Source of the DNA: Paragordius varius
Taxonomy: Eukaryota; Animalia; Nematomorpha
Assembly: GCA_964247055.1 (NCBI GenBank)
Contig: OZ176058.1
Location: 682,001-746,000, forward strand
Direction: 5' to 3'
DNA: 64,000 bases
Part shown: in pieces, positions 63,301 through 64,000 of the stretch
Layout: the number at the start of each line of letters is the position of its first letter
Position numbering within the stretch: the first letter of the stretch is position 1
Position numbers and translations under genes: made by a program
The notes under the pieces: model-generated
What the model was told of the DNA's origin: nothing
Databases searched by the model: none
The model's input: only the letters and a program-made list of their open reading frames with translations

Positions 63301-64000
63301 AGTTATGTTTAAAATTATGACATTTTTCACGATTTTTTAATCATTTAAAATGTCTACCAATAATTACTTTATAGCAATAAAATCTAAAATTACACGATAC
63401 TATTAAATTTAATAAGGTGGATAAAATATATTACTATTTATTTTTGATATAAAATCGAATGGAGTGAATGTATAAAATTACAGTTCAAATTCACCCCTGA
63501 ACAATTCAAAATCCTCGAACAATTCAAATTCACCCTAAATCAATTATGTGTTTTTATAAGATTACAATTACCTTAAATATAGAATTTTGTTTAAAATTAA
63601 TATAGAAATAATAAACTATGTAGAAAAATGTTATTTCATATTAATGATCTGTTTTATGTTAGCCCGACACAATTTTTAGGGGGAATTCGAATTGTAAATG
63701 GTATATCATGAAATATGTCACAATAATTATCAATTATTGTTTCAGCAATAATATAACGTTTGCGTATAACTTAAATTTTCTGGTTCTGAAACATAAAAAT
63801 GCATTAAAAAATATTATGTTTTTAAGGACAGGCATTTTTAATAAATAAATGAAAAATTTAATGTTATTTACCAAATAATCAGCATATTTCCATATCAATC
63901 ACAATATATACCATTAAATATCAGAAAAGAATTTAAAAAATAAGAATATAATAAATTTTAAAAGTATTAATAATTTTAGTATAAATTTAATAATATGTAT

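Noticed and set aside
1-64000. tRNA, rRNA or snRNA genes; remaining short ORFs in the supplied track
   Set aside because: No cloverleaf or conserved RNA motifs recognised; the short ORFs are F/I/K/L/N/Y-rich chance frames, mostly with non-ATG starts or inside MITEs.

Overview
Extremely AT-rich (roughly 15-20% GC by eye) intron-containing animal genomic DNA; the species cannot be named from the sequence alone. Two complete spliced genes can be rebuilt by hand with GT-AG junctions in matching phase. The first is a TOX4-like HMG-box gene on the minus strand (7 well-supported exons at 21464-3373, plus a probable first exon at 27565-26600). The second is adenine phosphoribosyltransferase (APRT) on the plus strand (5 exons, 49452-58183, 186 aa). 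A third, unidentified minus-strand coding start lies at 36801-35185. The rest is TA-flanked MITE families (two related ones carrying 21-bp subterminal repeats), TTAA-flanked piggyBac-like MITEs, hAT-like ends, foldbacks and (TA)n. The most striking feature is in both genes: introns are filled with stacked half-exon copies. Acceptor plus 5' half copies always lie upstream of the real exon, and 3' half plus donor copies always lie downstream. The best-preserved copies differ from the functional exon almost only at synonymous codon positions, which simple neutral decay of a duplicate does not predict.
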